A stretch of 64,000 nt of DNA from Eubacteriales bacterium (lineage in GTDB: Bacteria > Bacillota > Clostridia > Oscillospirales > QAKW01), in the NCBI GenBank assembly GCA_045541555.1, contig JAZQJH010000010.1:9346-73345 (forward strand), read 5' to 3'. The notes under the pieces were generated by a model. The model searched no databases and had not been told where the DNA came from. It was given only the letters and a program-made list of their open reading frames with translations. Both the position numbers and the translations under genes were made by a program. Positions 28,214 through 43,012 of this stretch are shown here, in pieces. Position 1 is the first letter of the stretch; the number at the start of each line of letters is the position of its first letter.

Positions 28214-30271
28214 GTGCGAAATTGGAAAATTAAAAAGCAAGACGAAGCAATTGTAAGCGCATTGTGCCGCGCTCTGCATTGTACCCATTATTTTGCCCGT
28301 GTTTTGATCAATCGCGGAATTGATACGGTGGAGAAGGCGCGTGAGTTTTTGCATACCGATGCCGCCGTTCTTTCGGACCCGTTCATGTTTAGGAATATGG
28401 AGGCGGTGGTTCAGAGAATCGGCGTAGCGTTACGCGGCGGAGAAAAGATTACCGTATACGGCGATTACGATGTGGATGGTATTACCGCCACCGGTCTTTT
28501 GGTTGAGGTGCTGCGCGAAATGGGCGGCAGGGTGGATTATTATATTCCCAGCCGCTTTACGGAAGGCTACGGCGTGAATTCCGAAGCGGTGCAAAAGATC
28601 GCGGATAACGGCACGACCCTGATCATTACGGTCGATACCGGAATCACCGCTGTCCAAGAAGTAGAATTCGCCAAGACGTTGGGTTTGGACGTGATCATCA
28701 CCGACCATCATGAATGTCAGGCCGTGTTACCAAATACGCTTATTATCAATCCCAAGCATGCGGAGAGCGGCTATCCTTTTAAGGATCTGGCTGGCGTAGG
28801 CGTGGTTTATAAATTGGCTTGTGCGCTGGATCGGCGCTATGGGCGAGGTGACGTAGCGGAGCGTTATGCTACTTTTGCGGCTGTCGGTACCGTTGCGGAT
28901 ATTATGCCGATGCTGGGGGAGAACCGTTATATTGTCCGGCAGGGTCTTGAGAAACTGAAAACAACGAATTGTCCGGGACTGCGTGCCATGATTGACCGCT
29001 GTGTCGGCGATCGTCCTATTGATACCTCGACGGTGGGGTTTGCCATCGCACCGCGGATCAATGCCGCCGGACGGATGGGGGATGCCTGCACCGGCGTGCA
29101 ATTACTGACCACGCGCAGTAAGGAGGATGCAGAGCGGCTGGTGAGTGAGCTTTGCAAGGAAAATAACCACCGCCAGGAAATTGAAAACCGCATCTTAGAA
29201 GAGGCGGTAGAGATGCTGGAAAAGGATCCCCGTCAAAAAGAACGGAATGCAATCGTCCTTTGGGGTGAGGATTGGCACAACGGTGTGGTTGGAATTGTGG
29301 CATCCCGTCTGAAGGATCGCTACGGAAAGCCTTGTATTCTCTTTTCAATCAACGAGGGATATGCAAAAGGCTCCGGGCGCAGCGTTCGTCCCTTTAATTT
29401 GTTTGAGGCTTTGGAGCGACTTTCCGATCGGGTAGAGAAATTCGGCGGACATGCCTTTGCTGCCGGCGTTTTGGTAGCTACCGATCGACTGGAAGAGTTT
29501 CGTGATGCATTCTGCCGTGAAGTGGATCTCTTTCTGGAAAGGGATGTGTTCGACGAAAGCATTGAGGTCGATTGTATCCTCGAGGAAGGGGATCTGACCT
29601 TGGATCAAGTGAAGGATCTGGGGCGGCTGGCGCCCTTTGGCCGCGGCAACGAAACGCCGGTCTTCTGTATGAGAAACGTTTATCTGCAGGATGCGGCGGC
29701 GACGGCGAACGGTAATCATATGCGCCTGGTCTTTCAATGCGGATATTTCCGTGTAACAGCTTTTTATTTTAATATGCCGCCCTCGTCATTCTGTTACCGC
29801 CCCGGCGAGTATCTGGACTTGGTTTTTGAGGCGGATATTAATACTTATAACGGCCGGCAGAGTGTGCAACTTTCCATCAAGGATCTGCGATATGCGGAGA
29901 AACGTTCCAAAAAGACTGCGGAAGAGTTGCGCCGAATTGAAACTGAGGCGTTGCGCCCGGAGGATATTCCGACCCGTGAGGATGCGGCGTTGCTTTATCG
30001 TTATCTTCAAAAACAAGTGCTGAATAAACCGATGTCTTTTGATTTTTATGCATTATTTGATCGGATCTTGAAAGAGCAGCATTCTGTGATTTCGGTAGGT
30101 GCATTATATTATTCTTTAAAGATTCTTGGAGAATTGGGCGTGCTGGACTATACGGCGGACGGCAATATTTTCCATAATCTTACGATCCATGGCGAAAAAA
30201 AGGTCTGCCTTGAAGATTCTGAACTTTTGAGGGAGATCAAAGGAAGGGGAGGTGTGGCAGCGTGTGTATAG
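28214..30271 (+). CDS. recJ: Single-stranded-DNA-specific exonuclease RecJ
   Basis: GTG start after the RBS ggagg. DHH motifs YGDYDVDGITA, TVDTG and ITDHHE. Confidence 0.93.
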   Translation: MRNWKIKKQDEAIVSALCRALHCTHYFARVLINRGIDTVEKAREFLHTDAAVLSDPFMFRNMEAVVQRIGVALRGGEKITVYGDYDVDGITATGLLVEVLREMGGRVDYYIPSRFTEGYGVNSEAVQKIADNGTTLIITVDTGITAVQEVEFAKTLGLDVIITDHHECQAVLPNTLIINPKHAESGYPFKDLAGVGVVYKLACALDRRYGRGDVAERYATFAAVGTVADIMPMLGENRYIVRQGLEKLKTTNCPGLRAMIDRCVGDRPIDTSTVGFAIAPRINAAGRMGDACTGVQLLTTRSKEDAERLVSELCKENNHRQEIENRILEEAVEMLEKDPRQKERNAIVLWGEDWHNGVVGIVASRLKDRYGKPCILFSINEGYAKGSGRSVRPFNLFEALERLSDRVEKFGGHAFAAGVLVATDRLEEFRDAFCREVDLFLERDVFDESIEVDCILEEGDLTLDQVKDLGRLAPFGRGNETPVFCMRNVYLQDAAATANGNHMRLVFQCGYFRVTAFYFNMPPSSFCYRPGEYLDLVFEADINTYNGRQSVQLSIKDLRYAEKRSKKTAEELRRIETEALRPEDIPTREDAALLYRYLQKQVLNKPMSFDFYALFDRILKEQHSVISVGALYYSLKILGELGVLDYTADGNIFHNLTIHGEKKVCLEDSELLREIKGRGGVAACV

Positions 30272-32427
30272 AAGAACAAAAGTTTTCTGAACTTCTCGCA
30301 TTGCTGGATGATAAAAAGTTCGATGTTGCAAAGATCGAACGTGCCTACCTGCGCGCCAAAAGCAGTCATGAGGGGCAGGTCCGCTCCTCCGGCGAGCCCT
30401 ATGTCTGCCATCCCATTGAGGTGGCCAAGCTGGTCTTTGAGTTTGGTCTTGATACCGATTCGATCGTGGCGGCTTTCCTGCACGATACGATCGAGGATAC
30501 GGACCTGACCTTTGATGCGATTAAAAAAGAGTTCGGTGAGCAATGCGCCAATCTGGTAGACGGCGTCACTAAACTGGGTCAGATTCCTTATACGACAAAA
30601 GAAGAAGCGCAGGTGGAATACCTTCGGAAGATGTTCCTTGCTATGGCGAAGGATATTCGGGTCATTCTTATCAAATTGGCGGATCGGCTTCATAACGTCC
30701 GGACACTGAGCGCAAGACCCAGAGAAAAACAATTAAAGACTGCTCGGGAGACCTTGGAGATCTATGCACCGCTGGCGCATCGCCTCGGTATGCAGAAGGT
30801 CAAGCAGGAGATGGAGGATATCTCCGTTAACTACCTGGATCCCGAGGGCTGTCGAATGATCGAAGAAAAGCTTCGGGAATTCGAGGGTCACGGTCAGGAT
30901 TTCATTGAGAATACCAAAAAGAATATCTGCGACAAGCTGGCAGAGTATGAGATCCCCTTTGAACTGACCTATCGGGTGAAGCATACGTTCAGTATCTACC
31001 GCAAGCTCTTTACCCAAAATAAGACTTTTGAAGAACTTTATGACGTTTACGCCTTTCGATTGATTGTGAATACCGTAAACGATTGTTATTATCTTTTGGG
31101 CGTGATCCACGATCTTTATAATCCCATCCCCGGGCGTTTTAAGGATTATATTTCCACCCCGAAGCCCAATATGTATCAGTCCTTGCATACGACGGTGATC
31201 GGCAAGGAGGGTATTCCCTTTGAGGTGCAGATCCGTACCTGGGATATGCATAATACCGCTGAATATGGTATCGCCGCGCACTGGAAATATAAAAACGGCG
31301 TGCAAGGCGGCAAAGCAGATATTGATGATAAACTGAAGTGGGTTCGTAATCTTTTGGAGACCCAGGAGGACGTTTCGGATACCGAGGATTTCATCAGCGC
31401 ACTAAAGATCGATCTTTTTGATGATGAGGTCTTCGTCTTCACTCCCCGGGGTGACGTGGTCAATCTTCCTGCCGGTTCTACGGTGATCGACTTCGCTTAT
31501 GCGATCCATAGTGCGGTGGGTAATAAGATGGTCGGCGCCAAGGTCAACGGTAAGATCGTCGGTCTGGAGTATAAGCCTCAGAATGGCGAGATCATCGAGG
31601 TGTTGACCACCTCATCGGCAGGGCACGGTCCCTCCAGAGATTGGCTGAAGATCGTCAAGACCAGCGTGGCGAAGAATAAGATCCGACATTGGATCAAAAA
31701 TGAGCGTCGGGACGAAAATATTGCCACCGGTACGGAAGAAGTGGAAAAGATCCTTCGCCGGAGCGGCATTCGCCTGGCAAAAGAGAATAAAGATGAAATT
31801 TTAAAGACCGTATCGTCGTTACTGCACTTCAATTCTCTTGAAGATCTGTATGCAGCGATCGGCTATGGCGGTATTCCGGTGGCTAAGGTGGAGCGGAGAA
31901 TTCGCGCCCATTGCGAGCAATTGGAAAAGGAAAACCGTCCGGTCAAGGTGGTGCCTATCTCCAAGCCGAAGGCCAGCGCCGGCGGCGTTGTGGTAGAGGG
32001 CATTGATAACTGCCTGATTAAATTCGCCAAGTGCTGTAATCCCTTGCCCGGTGATTATATCTGCGGTTTTATCACCAAGGGCTACGGCGTTTCCATCCAT
32101 AAGACCGATTGCCCCAATGCCCGGAGCGGTATGGAGGCAGAGCCGGAGCGTTGGCTTGCGGCGCGCTGGGATACGACGGAGCATAATAGCTTTACGACGA
32201 CCCTGATGATCCACGTCAAGGATTCCATCGGCGTCATGGCAAATCTGACCCGGATCTTGGCGGATATGAAGGTCAATATCCGCAGTATCGCCACCCGGGA
32301 TGAGGACATGGGGGTTTCCTTGGTGACCATCGGTATTGAAGTTAAGAGCCTGGATCACCTCAATTACATTGCGTCCAGAATTCGTAAAGATCCCGATGTG
32401 ATTGATATTCAAAGAGCAAACCAATGA
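30262..32427 (+). CDS. relA: Bifunctional (p)ppGpp synthetase/hydrolase (RelA/SpoT, Rel)
   Basis: HD domain (HPIEVA ... LHDTIEDT), synthetase domain (YRSLHT-like: YQSLHTTV), and TGS and ACT domains. Confidence 0.95.
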   Translation: MCIEEQKFSELLALLDDKKFDVAKIERAYLRAKSSHEGQVRSSGEPYVCHPIEVAKLVFEFGLDTDSIVAAFLHDTIEDTDLTFDAIKKEFGEQCANLVDGVTKLGQIPYTTKEEAQVEYLRKMFLAMAKDIRVILIKLADRLHNVRTLSARPREKQLKTARETLEIYAPLAHRLGMQKVKQEMEDISVNYLDPEGCRMIEEKLREFEGHGQDFIENTKKNICDKLAEYEIPFELTYRVKHTFSIYRKLFTQNKTFEELYDVYAFRLIVNTVNDCYYLLGVIHDLYNPIPGRFKDYISTPKPNMYQSLHTTVIGKEGIPFEVQIRTWDMHNTAEYGIAAHWKYKNGVQGGKADIDDKLKWVRNLLETQEDVSDTEDFISALKIDLFDDEVFVFTPRGDVVNLPAGSTVIDFAYAIHSAVGNKMVGAKVNGKIVGLEYKPQNGEIIEVLTTSSAGHGPSRDWLKIVKTSVAKNKIRHWIKNERRDENIATGTEEVEKILRRSGIRLAKENKDEILKTVSSLLHFNSLEDLYAAIGYGGIPVAKVERRIRAHCEQLEKENRPVKVVPISKPKASAGGVVVEGIDNCLIKFAKCCNPLPGDYICGFITKGYGVSIHKTDCPNARSGMEAEPERWLAARWDTTEHNSFTTTLMIHVKDSIGVMANLTRILADMKVNIRSIATRDEDMGVSLVTIGIEVKSLDHLNYIASRIRKDPDVIDIQRANQ

Positions 32428-32437
32428 GGAATGTATC

Positions 32438-32890
32438 ATGAGAGCAATTTGTACTGTTGTTAAAAATGCCTGTCTCCGCGTGGATGGTGAGGTCATCTCC
32501 GAAATTGAAAAAGGACTTTTGGTTTTCTGCGGATTTTCGGAGCAGGATAATAAAGAGAATATCGAAAAAGCCTTGAAAAAGGTGGCGGGTCTTCGGGTCA
32601 TGGACGATCCGGACGGCAAACTGAATTGTTCGCTGGCCGACGTGGGCGGCGAGATGCTCTTTGTGTCGAATTTCACCCTTTATGGAGATGTCCGTAAGGG
32701 TTTTCGCCCCTCATTCATCGAGAGTATGAAATACGAGCCGGCAGAGGAGCTTTATCAATATGCGCTCGCACGGCTACGGGATGAATACGGGGTGCGCGTA
32801 AAGGGTGGCGTCTTCGGTGGCGATATGAAGATCGAAGCGCTGCACGACGGGCCGATCAACATTATCATTGATAGCGAGGATCTTCAATGA
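32438..32890 (+). CDS. dtd: D-aminoacyl-tRNA deacylase
   Basis: Trimmed to the ATG at 32438 (MRAICTVVKNA). The C-terminus is FGGDMKIEALHDGPINIII. The relA-dtd synteny is retained. Confidence 0.92.
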   Translation: MRAICTVVKNACLRVDGEVISEIEKGLLVFCGFSEQDNKENIEKALKKVAGLRVMDDPDGKLNCSLADVGGEMLFVSNFTLYGDVRKGFRPSFIESMKYEPAEELYQYALARLRDEYGVRVKGGVFGGDMKIEALHDGPINIIIDSEDLQ

Positions 32891-33510
32891 GATTGACCTG
32901 TATAGAAACCGGCGCTATGCGCTGTAATAATTATCTTTTGGAAAACGAGGAGACCGGCAAAGGCGTCTTGATCGACTGCGGCGGAAGTGGAGAAGATCTT
33001 ATTCTTGCTGCCCAAAAAAACGGTGTTACGGTGGAGGCGATTCTGCTGACCCATGGTCATGCGGATCATATCGAGGGTGCGTCGCGGGTGGCAGAGCATT
33101 TCGGCTGTCCGATCTATCTTCATCAGTATGATCTTGAATATCCCGAGCGGCCGGAATTTAACCTCTCCATGCGGATCTATATGAAGCCTTTGACCTATGC
33201 GATGAAACCCATCGCGGTGCAGGATGGCGATGTCATCCAAGCGGCAGGCTTTTTGATCGAGGTAATTCATACGCCGGGTCATACCCAAGGCTGTGTATGC
33301 TATGGGGTAGAGGAAGTTCTCTTTACCGGAGATACTCTGTTCCGGGATTCTGTGGGCGGTGATTTTCCGCCTTTTGGAAATCTCGAGACGGAAATCCAGT
33401 CTATTCAGAAACGGCTTTTTACGCTGGAGGATCGCACCTGCTATCCCGGTCACGGCGCAAAGACAAGCCTTTCTTACGAAATGAAAAATAATATGTATTG
33501 CAGGATTTGA
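32887..33510 (+). CDS. MBL-fold metallo-hydrolase
   Basis: The HxHxDH motif LLTHGHADHIEG and a downstream HTPGHT. Confidence 0.85.
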   Translation: MRLTCIETGAMRCNNYLLENEETGKGVLIDCGGSGEDLILAAQKNGVTVEAILLTHGHADHIEGASRVAEHFGCPIYLHQYDLEYPERPEFNLSMRIYMKPLTYAMKPIAVQDGDVIQAAGFLIEVIHTPGHTQGCVCYGVEEVLFTGDTLFRDSVGGDFPPFGNLETEIQSIQKRLFTLEDRTCYPGHGAKTSLSYEMKNNMYCRI

Positions 33511-33511
33511 A

Positions 33512-38384
<4,873 letters not shown>

Positions 38385-38391
38385 AGAAATC

Positions 38392-38420
38392 GGGAGGCGA
38401 AAACAGCCGTTTTCGCCTCC
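38392..38420 (+). terminator. GC-rich hairpin after gatB (terminator candidate)
   Basis: Stem gggaggcgaaaac, loop agcc, stem gttttcgcctcc. On the + strand it is followed by ttcaaaaaaa rather than a T tract. The T-rich flank lies on the opposite strand. Confidence 0.4.
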
Positions 38421-38443
38421 TTCAAAAAAATATAAAAAAGTCC

Positions 38444-38472
38444 TTGACTATGAGGAATTACTGTGCTATAAT
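38444..38472 (+). promoter_or_regulatory. sigma-A-type promoter of rpmG-secE-nusG
   Basis: TTGACT at 38444-38449, a 17-nt spacer, and TGcTATAAT with TATAAT at 38467-38472. Confidence 0.65.
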
Positions 38473-38565
38473 CTTTTATACCTGCCGTAGGGCTTATTTT
38501 TTTGTGCAAAAATTTGCCCTCCAATATTAATGCAGGGAGGCCAAAAAACAGGAGGTGCCGCAAAG

Positions 38566-38715
38566 ATGAGAGTCAAGATTACGCTGGCTTGCACGGAGTG
38601 CAAACAAAGAAATTACGACACAATGAAGAACAAGAAGAACGACCCCGACAGACTGGAAATGAACAAGTACTGCAAGTTCTGCAAAAAGCATACCTTGCAT
38701 AGAGAAACCAAGTAA
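38566..38715 (+). CDS. rpmG: 50S ribosomal protein L33
   Basis: Trimmed to [49 protein letters not shown] (49 aa), with the RBS aggagg upstream. Confidence 0.95.
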   Translation: MRVKITLACTECKQRNYDTMKNKKNDPDRLEMNKYCKFCKKHTLHRETK

Positions 38716-38745
38716 GTTTCCAAGTTTATAAAGGAGGACGCAATC

Positions 38746-38982
38746 ATGGCAGAGAAAGCTAAAAAGAAGTCCGTCTTTTCCAGAATCGGAAACTGGTTCC
38801 GTGAAGTTCGTATTGAGATGACCAAGAGAATTATTTGGCCCACCTTTAAGCAGGTGCTGAATAATACCCTGGTGGTTATTGTATGCGTACTGGTAGTCGG
38901 TGTGTTTATCTGGATATTCGACTGGCTTTTCTTTACCGGTATTCAGGCGCTGACCAATTGGTTGGGCGGCTTGATTGGTTAA
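38746..38982 (+). CDS. secE: Preprotein translocase subunit SecE
   Basis: 78 aa with FREVRIEMTKRIIWPT and a single TM helix. The position between rpmG and nusG is conserved. Confidence 0.9.
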   Translation: MAEKAKKKSVFSRIGNWFREVRIEMTKRIIWPTFKQVLNNTLVVIVCVLVVGVFIWIFDWLFFTGIQALTNWLGGLIG

Positions 38983-39013
38983 TTTGATTTTTTCAGAAAG
39001 GGGCAGATGAGTT

Positions 39014-39535
39014 ATGGCTGATAAGGCAAAATGGTATGCAATTCATACTTATTCTGCGTATGAGAATAAGGTTGCGACCAACCTGCGCAGAATTATTGAA
39101 AACCGTAAGCTGGAAGAGGTCATTCAGGACATTTCTGTTCCCACTGAGACCGTTGTTGAAACGACCGAAAAGGGTCAGAAGGAATATGAGCGTAAAGTAT
39201 TCCCGGGTTATGTGTTGGTAAAGATGGTCATGACCGATGAGACCTGGTATATCGTCCGTAATATTCAGGGCGTTACTGGATTTGTCGGCTCTACCTCTGA
39301 GCCGCTTCCTCTTACCCAGGCTGAGATCGAAAAGCTCGGCGTGGAGAAGAGAGTGGTTCATACCGATTATAAGAAGGGCGATTCCGTACGCTTCGTTGCT
39401 TCCAACATGAGCGGTTTTGTCGGCGTGGTGGACGAGGTATATCCCGAGTCTTCCAAGTTGAAGGTGGTTGTATCCATGTTCGGGCGTGAGACCTCTGTTG
39501 AGGTTTCCTTCGAGCAGGTTGCACCTGTAGAGTAA
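39014..39535 (+). CDS. nusG: Transcription termination/antitermination factor NusG
   Basis: KWYAIHTYSAYENKV (NGN domain) and a C-terminal KOW motif (GDSVRFVASNMSGFVGVV). Confidence 0.95.
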   Translation: MADKAKWYAIHTYSAYENKVATNLRRIIENRKLEEVIQDISVPTETVVETTEKGQKEYERKVFPGYVLVKMVMTDETWYIVRNIQGVTGFVGSTSEPLPLTQAEIEKLGVEKRVVHTDYKKGDSVRFVASNMSGFVGVVDEVYPESSKLKVVVSMFGRETSVEVSFEQVAPVE

Positions 39536-39637
39536 GGCTAAATCGCACCATTGGTGCGTTTTCGCAAGTGGGAGGAGAGTACTTTTTTATCTTTCCGCTA
39601 TATTACCACATTGAAACACGAGGGAGGTGTTTGAAAA

Positions 39638-40063
39638 ATGGCTCAAAAAGTAACAGGGTTCATTAAACTTCAGATTCCGGCAGGAAAGGCAACTCCGGCG
39701 CCCCCGGTTGGCCCCGCACTGGGTCAGCATGGCGTCAACATCATGGCCTTTGCTAAGGAATTCAACGAGAGAACGAAGAATGATATTGGTTATATCATTC
39801 CGGTCGTGATCACCGTTTACGCTGATCATTCTTTCACTTTTGTTACCAAAACTCCGCCTGCTGCTGTCTTGATTAAGAAGGCGGCCGGCATCGAGAGCGG
39901 CTCCGGCGTCCCCAATAAGACCAAGGTTGCTTCTCTTACCAAGGAGCAGGTCAAAAAGATCGCTGAGCAGAAGATGCCCGATCTGAATGCAGTTGATATT
40001 GAAGCTGCAATGAGCATGATCGCAGGTACTGCGAGAAGCATGGGCGTTACCGTCGAGGAGTAA
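39638..40063 (+). CDS. rplK: 50S ribosomal protein L11
   Basis: [28 protein letters not shown]. Confidence 0.97.
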   Translation: MAQKVTGFIKLQIPAGKATPAPPVGPALGQHGVNIMAFAKEFNERTKNDIGYIIPVVITVYADHSFTFVTKTPPAAVLIKKAAGIESGSGVPNKTKVASLTKEQVKKIAEQKMPDLNAVDIEAAMSMIAGTARSMGVTVEE

Positions 40064-40118
40064 GCCCTTAATACTGTGGGAGGAACATTCCGTAATACCA
40101 CAAAGGAGGATTAATTAG

Positions 40119-40811
40119 GTGAAAAGAGGAAAGTCTTATATTGAAAGCACCAAGCTGATCGACTCTACCAAGCTGTATGAGGTCGAAGAGGCTATGGAGG
40201 CTGTTACCAAGGCTGCACGTGCAAAGTTCGATGAAACTGTTGAAGTGCACGTAAAGCTGGGTGTTGATTCCCGTCATGCAGATCAGCAGGTTCGTGGCGC
40301 AGTTGTATTGCCCCATGGTACCGGTAAAACCACCCGCGTCCTGGTCTTTGCCAAGAATGCAAAGGCTGAGGAAGCTCAGGCTGCCGGCGCTGATTTTGTA
40401 GGCGGTGAGGAACTCATTCCCAAGATTCAGAATGAGAACTGGTTCGAGTATGATGTAGTAGTTGCTACCCCGGATATGATGGGTGTTGTCGGTCGTCTGG
40501 GTCGTGTCCTGGGTCCCAAGGGCTTGATGCCCAACCCCAAGGCCGGTACCGTTACCATGGACGTTGCCAAGGCAATTGCTGAAATCAAAGCCGGTAAGAT
40601 CGAGTATCGTCTGGATAAGACCAATATTATCCACTGCCCGGTTGGTAAGGTTTCCTTCGGTAAGGAAAAGCTGACCGAGAACTTCAATACTCTGATGGGT
40701 GCCATCGTCAAGGCTCGTCCTGCTGCCGCTAAAGGTCAGTATGTAAGAAGCTGCGTTGTCGCTTCCACCATGGGCCCCGGCATCAAGATCAACCAGGCTA
40801 AATTTATGTAA
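40119..40811 (+). CDS. rplA: 50S ribosomal protein L1
   Basis: GTG start after the RBS aaggagg. [14 protein letters not shown] and LPHGTGK. Confidence 0.95.
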   Translation: MKRGKSYIESTKLIDSTKLYEVEEAMEAVTKAARAKFDETVEVHVKLGVDSRHADQQVRGAVVLPHGTGKTTRVLVFAKNAKAEEAQAAGADFVGGEELIPKIQNENWFEYDVVVATPDMMGVVGRLGRVLGPKGLMPNPKAGTVTMDVAKAIAEIKAGKIEYRLDKTNIIHCPVGKVSFGKEKLTENFNTLMGAIVKARPAAAKGQYVRSCVVASTMGPGIKINQAKFM

Positions 40812-40818
40812 AAATGTC

Positions 40819-40847
40819 TTGACAATCATACTACACTGTGGTATGAT
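40819..40847 (+). promoter_or_regulatory. sigma-A-type promoter of rplJ-rplL
   Basis: TTGACA at 40819-40824, a 17-nt spacer, and TATGAT at 40842-40847. Confidence 0.6.
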
Positions 40848-40854
40848 TGTTGAG

Positions 40855-41000
40855 TCAAAAAAATATGCTTCGCAGACAGCAGGTGCCGGTTTTTGGCTTA
40901 ATATCCCGCCGAGGAGTGCTTTTGAATATCTTAGGATATCTATGCTCCCAAGCGTGTCTGCGCTCTGGGAGCATTATTTTTTGAAAATCTAATGGAGGTA
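40855..41000 (+). promoter_or_regulatory. Ribosomal protein L10 leader (autoregulatory attenuator)
   Basis: A structured 5' UTR of about 150 nt lies in the expected position. Its terminal hairpin atgctccca...tgggagcat (40942-40974) is followed by tatttttt. Assigned from position and architecture only, with no covariance-model scan. Confidence 0.55.
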
Positions 41001-41007
41001 ACAATTC

Positions 41008-41523
41008 ATGGCAAATGATAAGATCATTGCTCAGAAACAAGCAGTCGTTGCCGAGCTGAAGGAAAAGCTTCAGAACGCAGTGACCGGTGTTCTGGTAGAC
41101 TATAGCGGAATCAATGTTGCTGACGATACTGCCCTGCGTGGTAAGTTGAGAGAAGCCGGTGTTGATTATGCCGTTGTTAAGAATACCCTGACCCGTTTTG
41201 CTGCCAAGGAAGTTGGTCTGGACGAACTGTCCGAGGTCCTGAACGGCACCACCGCTCTGGCTGTTTCCAATGATGATGTTGTTGCTCCTGCTAAAGTTCT
41301 CTATGACTTCAGCAAAGAGCATGATTACTTCACCATCAAGGGCGGCTTTGTAGAAGGTAAGGTTGTTTCTGTTGCAGAACTGGAAAAACTGGCTACCATG
41401 CCCAGCAAGGAGACCTTGCTCTGCATGCTGCTCTATGCCCTCAATGGCAACGTTTCTGGTCTGGCTCGCGCTCTGCAGGCTGTTGTTGATCAGAAGAACG
41501 AAACTGAAGCTACCCCTGCGTAA
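41008..41523 (+). CDS. rplJ: 50S ribosomal protein L10
   Basis: 171 aa, with VLVDYSGINVADDTALRGKLREAGVDYAVVKNTL. Confidence 0.95.
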   Translation: MANDKIIAQKQAVVAELKEKLQNAVTGVLVDYSGINVADDTALRGKLREAGVDYAVVKNTLTRFAAKEVGLDELSEVLNGTTALAVSNDDVVAPAKVLYDFSKEHDYFTIKGGFVEGKVVSVAELEKLATMPSKETLLCMLLYALNGNVSGLARALQAVVDQKNETEATPA

Positions 41524-41561
41524 GCAATTATTAATTTAATTTTATTTGGAGGATTAAAGAA

Positions 41562-41933
41562 ATGGCTGATATTAAGAATATCGTTGAAGAAATCAAAACC
41601 CTGAGTGTTATGGAACTGGCTGACCTGGTTCATGCCATCGAGGAAGAGTTCGGTGTTTCCGCTGCTGCTCCCGTTGCTGTTGCTGCCGCTCCCGGCGCTG
41701 GCGCTGCTGCTGCTGAAGAGAAGACCGAGTTTGATGTTGTTCTGACCAACGCTGGTGCTTCCAAGATCAACGTAATCAAGGTTGTTAAGGAAATCACCGG
41801 TCTGGGTCTGAAGGAAGCTAAGGAGATGGTTGACGGCGCTCCCAAGACCATCAAGGAAGGCGCTTCCAAGGATGAGGCTGAGGAAATTAAGAATAAGCTG
41901 ACTGAAGCCGGCGCTACTGTTGAGCTGAAGTAA
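41562..41933 (+). CDS. rplL: 50S ribosomal protein L7/L12
   Basis: An Ala-rich hinge and a C-terminus [28 protein letters not shown]. Confidence 0.97.
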   Translation: MADIKNIVEEIKTLSVMELADLVHAIEEEFGVSAAAPVAVAAAPGAGAAAAEEKTEFDVVLTNAGASKINVIKVVKEITGLGLKEAKEMVDGAPKTIKEGASKDEAEEIKNKLTEAGATVELK

Positions 41934-41948
41934 TTAAAGCTGAAAATG

Positions 41949-41979
41949 CTCCGGTCGGAATTCCGACCGGAGTTTTTTT
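41949..41979 (+). terminator. Intrinsic terminator after rplL
   Basis: Stem ctccggtcgg, loop aatt, stem ccgaccggag, followed by a T7 tract. Confidence 0.9.
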
Positions 41980-42001
41980 ACGATTGAAAGGAGTTTGCGT
42001 C

Positions 42002-42967
42002 ATGGGCGGATTGTTTTCACCTTGCAATAAAATAGGTCTTGCGCCCATGGCGGGTCCGGGTGATAGCGGCTTTCGGCGTATCTGTCGGGAGTGGGGCGCC
42101 GATTATACGGTCACCGAGATGATCAGTGCGAAAGCTATTCGATATGGTGCGGAAAAGACGGTTGATCTTGCACGCTATACGGAGGATGAAACGCCGATTT
42201 TGATCCAGCTTTTCGGTCGCGATCCTGCTGCTATGGAGTATGCGGCAAAATTTATAGACGATCAATTTCATCCTGCCGGTATTGATCTGAATATGGGGTG
42301 CCCTGCGCCAAAGATCTTTAATAACGGGGATGGAAGTGCCCTTCTAAAAGAGCCCGAGTTGGCGGCAGAGTTGGTTCGTGCCGCCCGACGTGGATGTCAA
42401 TGCCCGGTCAGCGTAAAGATGCGGGTTGGTATTGAAGCACCCGATCCCAAGATCACGGATTTTGCTTTAAAAATGGAGTCTGCCGGTGCCGCGTTTATCA
42501 CTGTCCATGGCCGTACCAGAGAGCAATTTTATGCTGGAAAGGCGGATTATTCCATGATCCGCCGTATTAAAGATGCGGTTTCGGTTCCGGTGATTGCTAA
42601 TGGCGACGTGATAGATGGTGCATCTGCTCGAAAGATCCTTGCAGAGACCGGCGCAGATGGATTGATGCTGGCGCGTGGTGCGCTGGGCGCTCCGGACGTT
42701 TTTCTTCGAATTAAGCAAGTATTTGCCGGAAAGACAGAAACTGAACTTTCTTTGAAGGAACGTTTTGAAGTCTGCCTTCGTCAGCTTCGCTATACCATCG
42801 AAGATAAAGGGGAAGAGAAAGCGTCAGTTGAATTTCGTAAGCATATGCTTTGGTATTTAAAGGGATTTCCGGGTGCCGCACCTTTTAAAGTCGCCGCCGG
42901 TCAAATTGCATCTCTGCGAGATTGCGAAAGCCTGATCGCTCAAGTTCTTGAAATGCAAAAAAAATAA
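42002..42967 (+). CDS. tRNA-dihydrouridine synthase (Dus family)
   Basis: LAPMAGPGDSGFRRICREWGADYTVTEMISA, DLNMGCP and the TIM-barrel FMN pattern. Start taken as the ATG at 42002; the TTG at 41984 is possible. Confidence 0.88.
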   Translation: MGGLFSPCNKIGLAPMAGPGDSGFRRICREWGADYTVTEMISAKAIRYGAEKTVDLARYTEDETPILIQLFGRDPAAMEYAAKFIDDQFHPAGIDLNMGCPAPKIFNNGDGSALLKEPELAAELVRAARRGCQCPVSVKMRVGIEAPDPKITDFALKMESAGAAFITVHGRTREQFYAGKADYSMIRRIKDAVSVPVIANGDVIDGASARKILAETGADGLMLARGALGAPDVFLRIKQVFAGKTETELSLKERFEVCLRQLRYTIEDKGEEKASVEFRKHMLWYLKGFPGAAPFKVAAGQIASLRDCESLIAQVLEMQKK

Positions 42968-43002
42968 GACGCTTTTGATTTCAAAAGCGGCTTGTTTTTT
43001 TA
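42968..43002. terminator. Bidirectional terminator between dus and serA
   Basis: The hairpin cgctttt...aaaagcg is flanked by a T tract on the + strand (gttttttt) and a T-rich run on the - strand. Confidence 0.6.
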
Positions 43003-43012
43003 TTTATTTTAT

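Noticed and set aside
39544-39562. A short hairpin (cgcacc-att-ggtgcg followed by tttt) after nusG, considered as a terminator or attenuator.
   Set aside because: It has only a 6-bp stem with a 3-nt loop and four T residues. rplK is normally co-transcribed or has its own leader, so the evidence is too weak to annotate.
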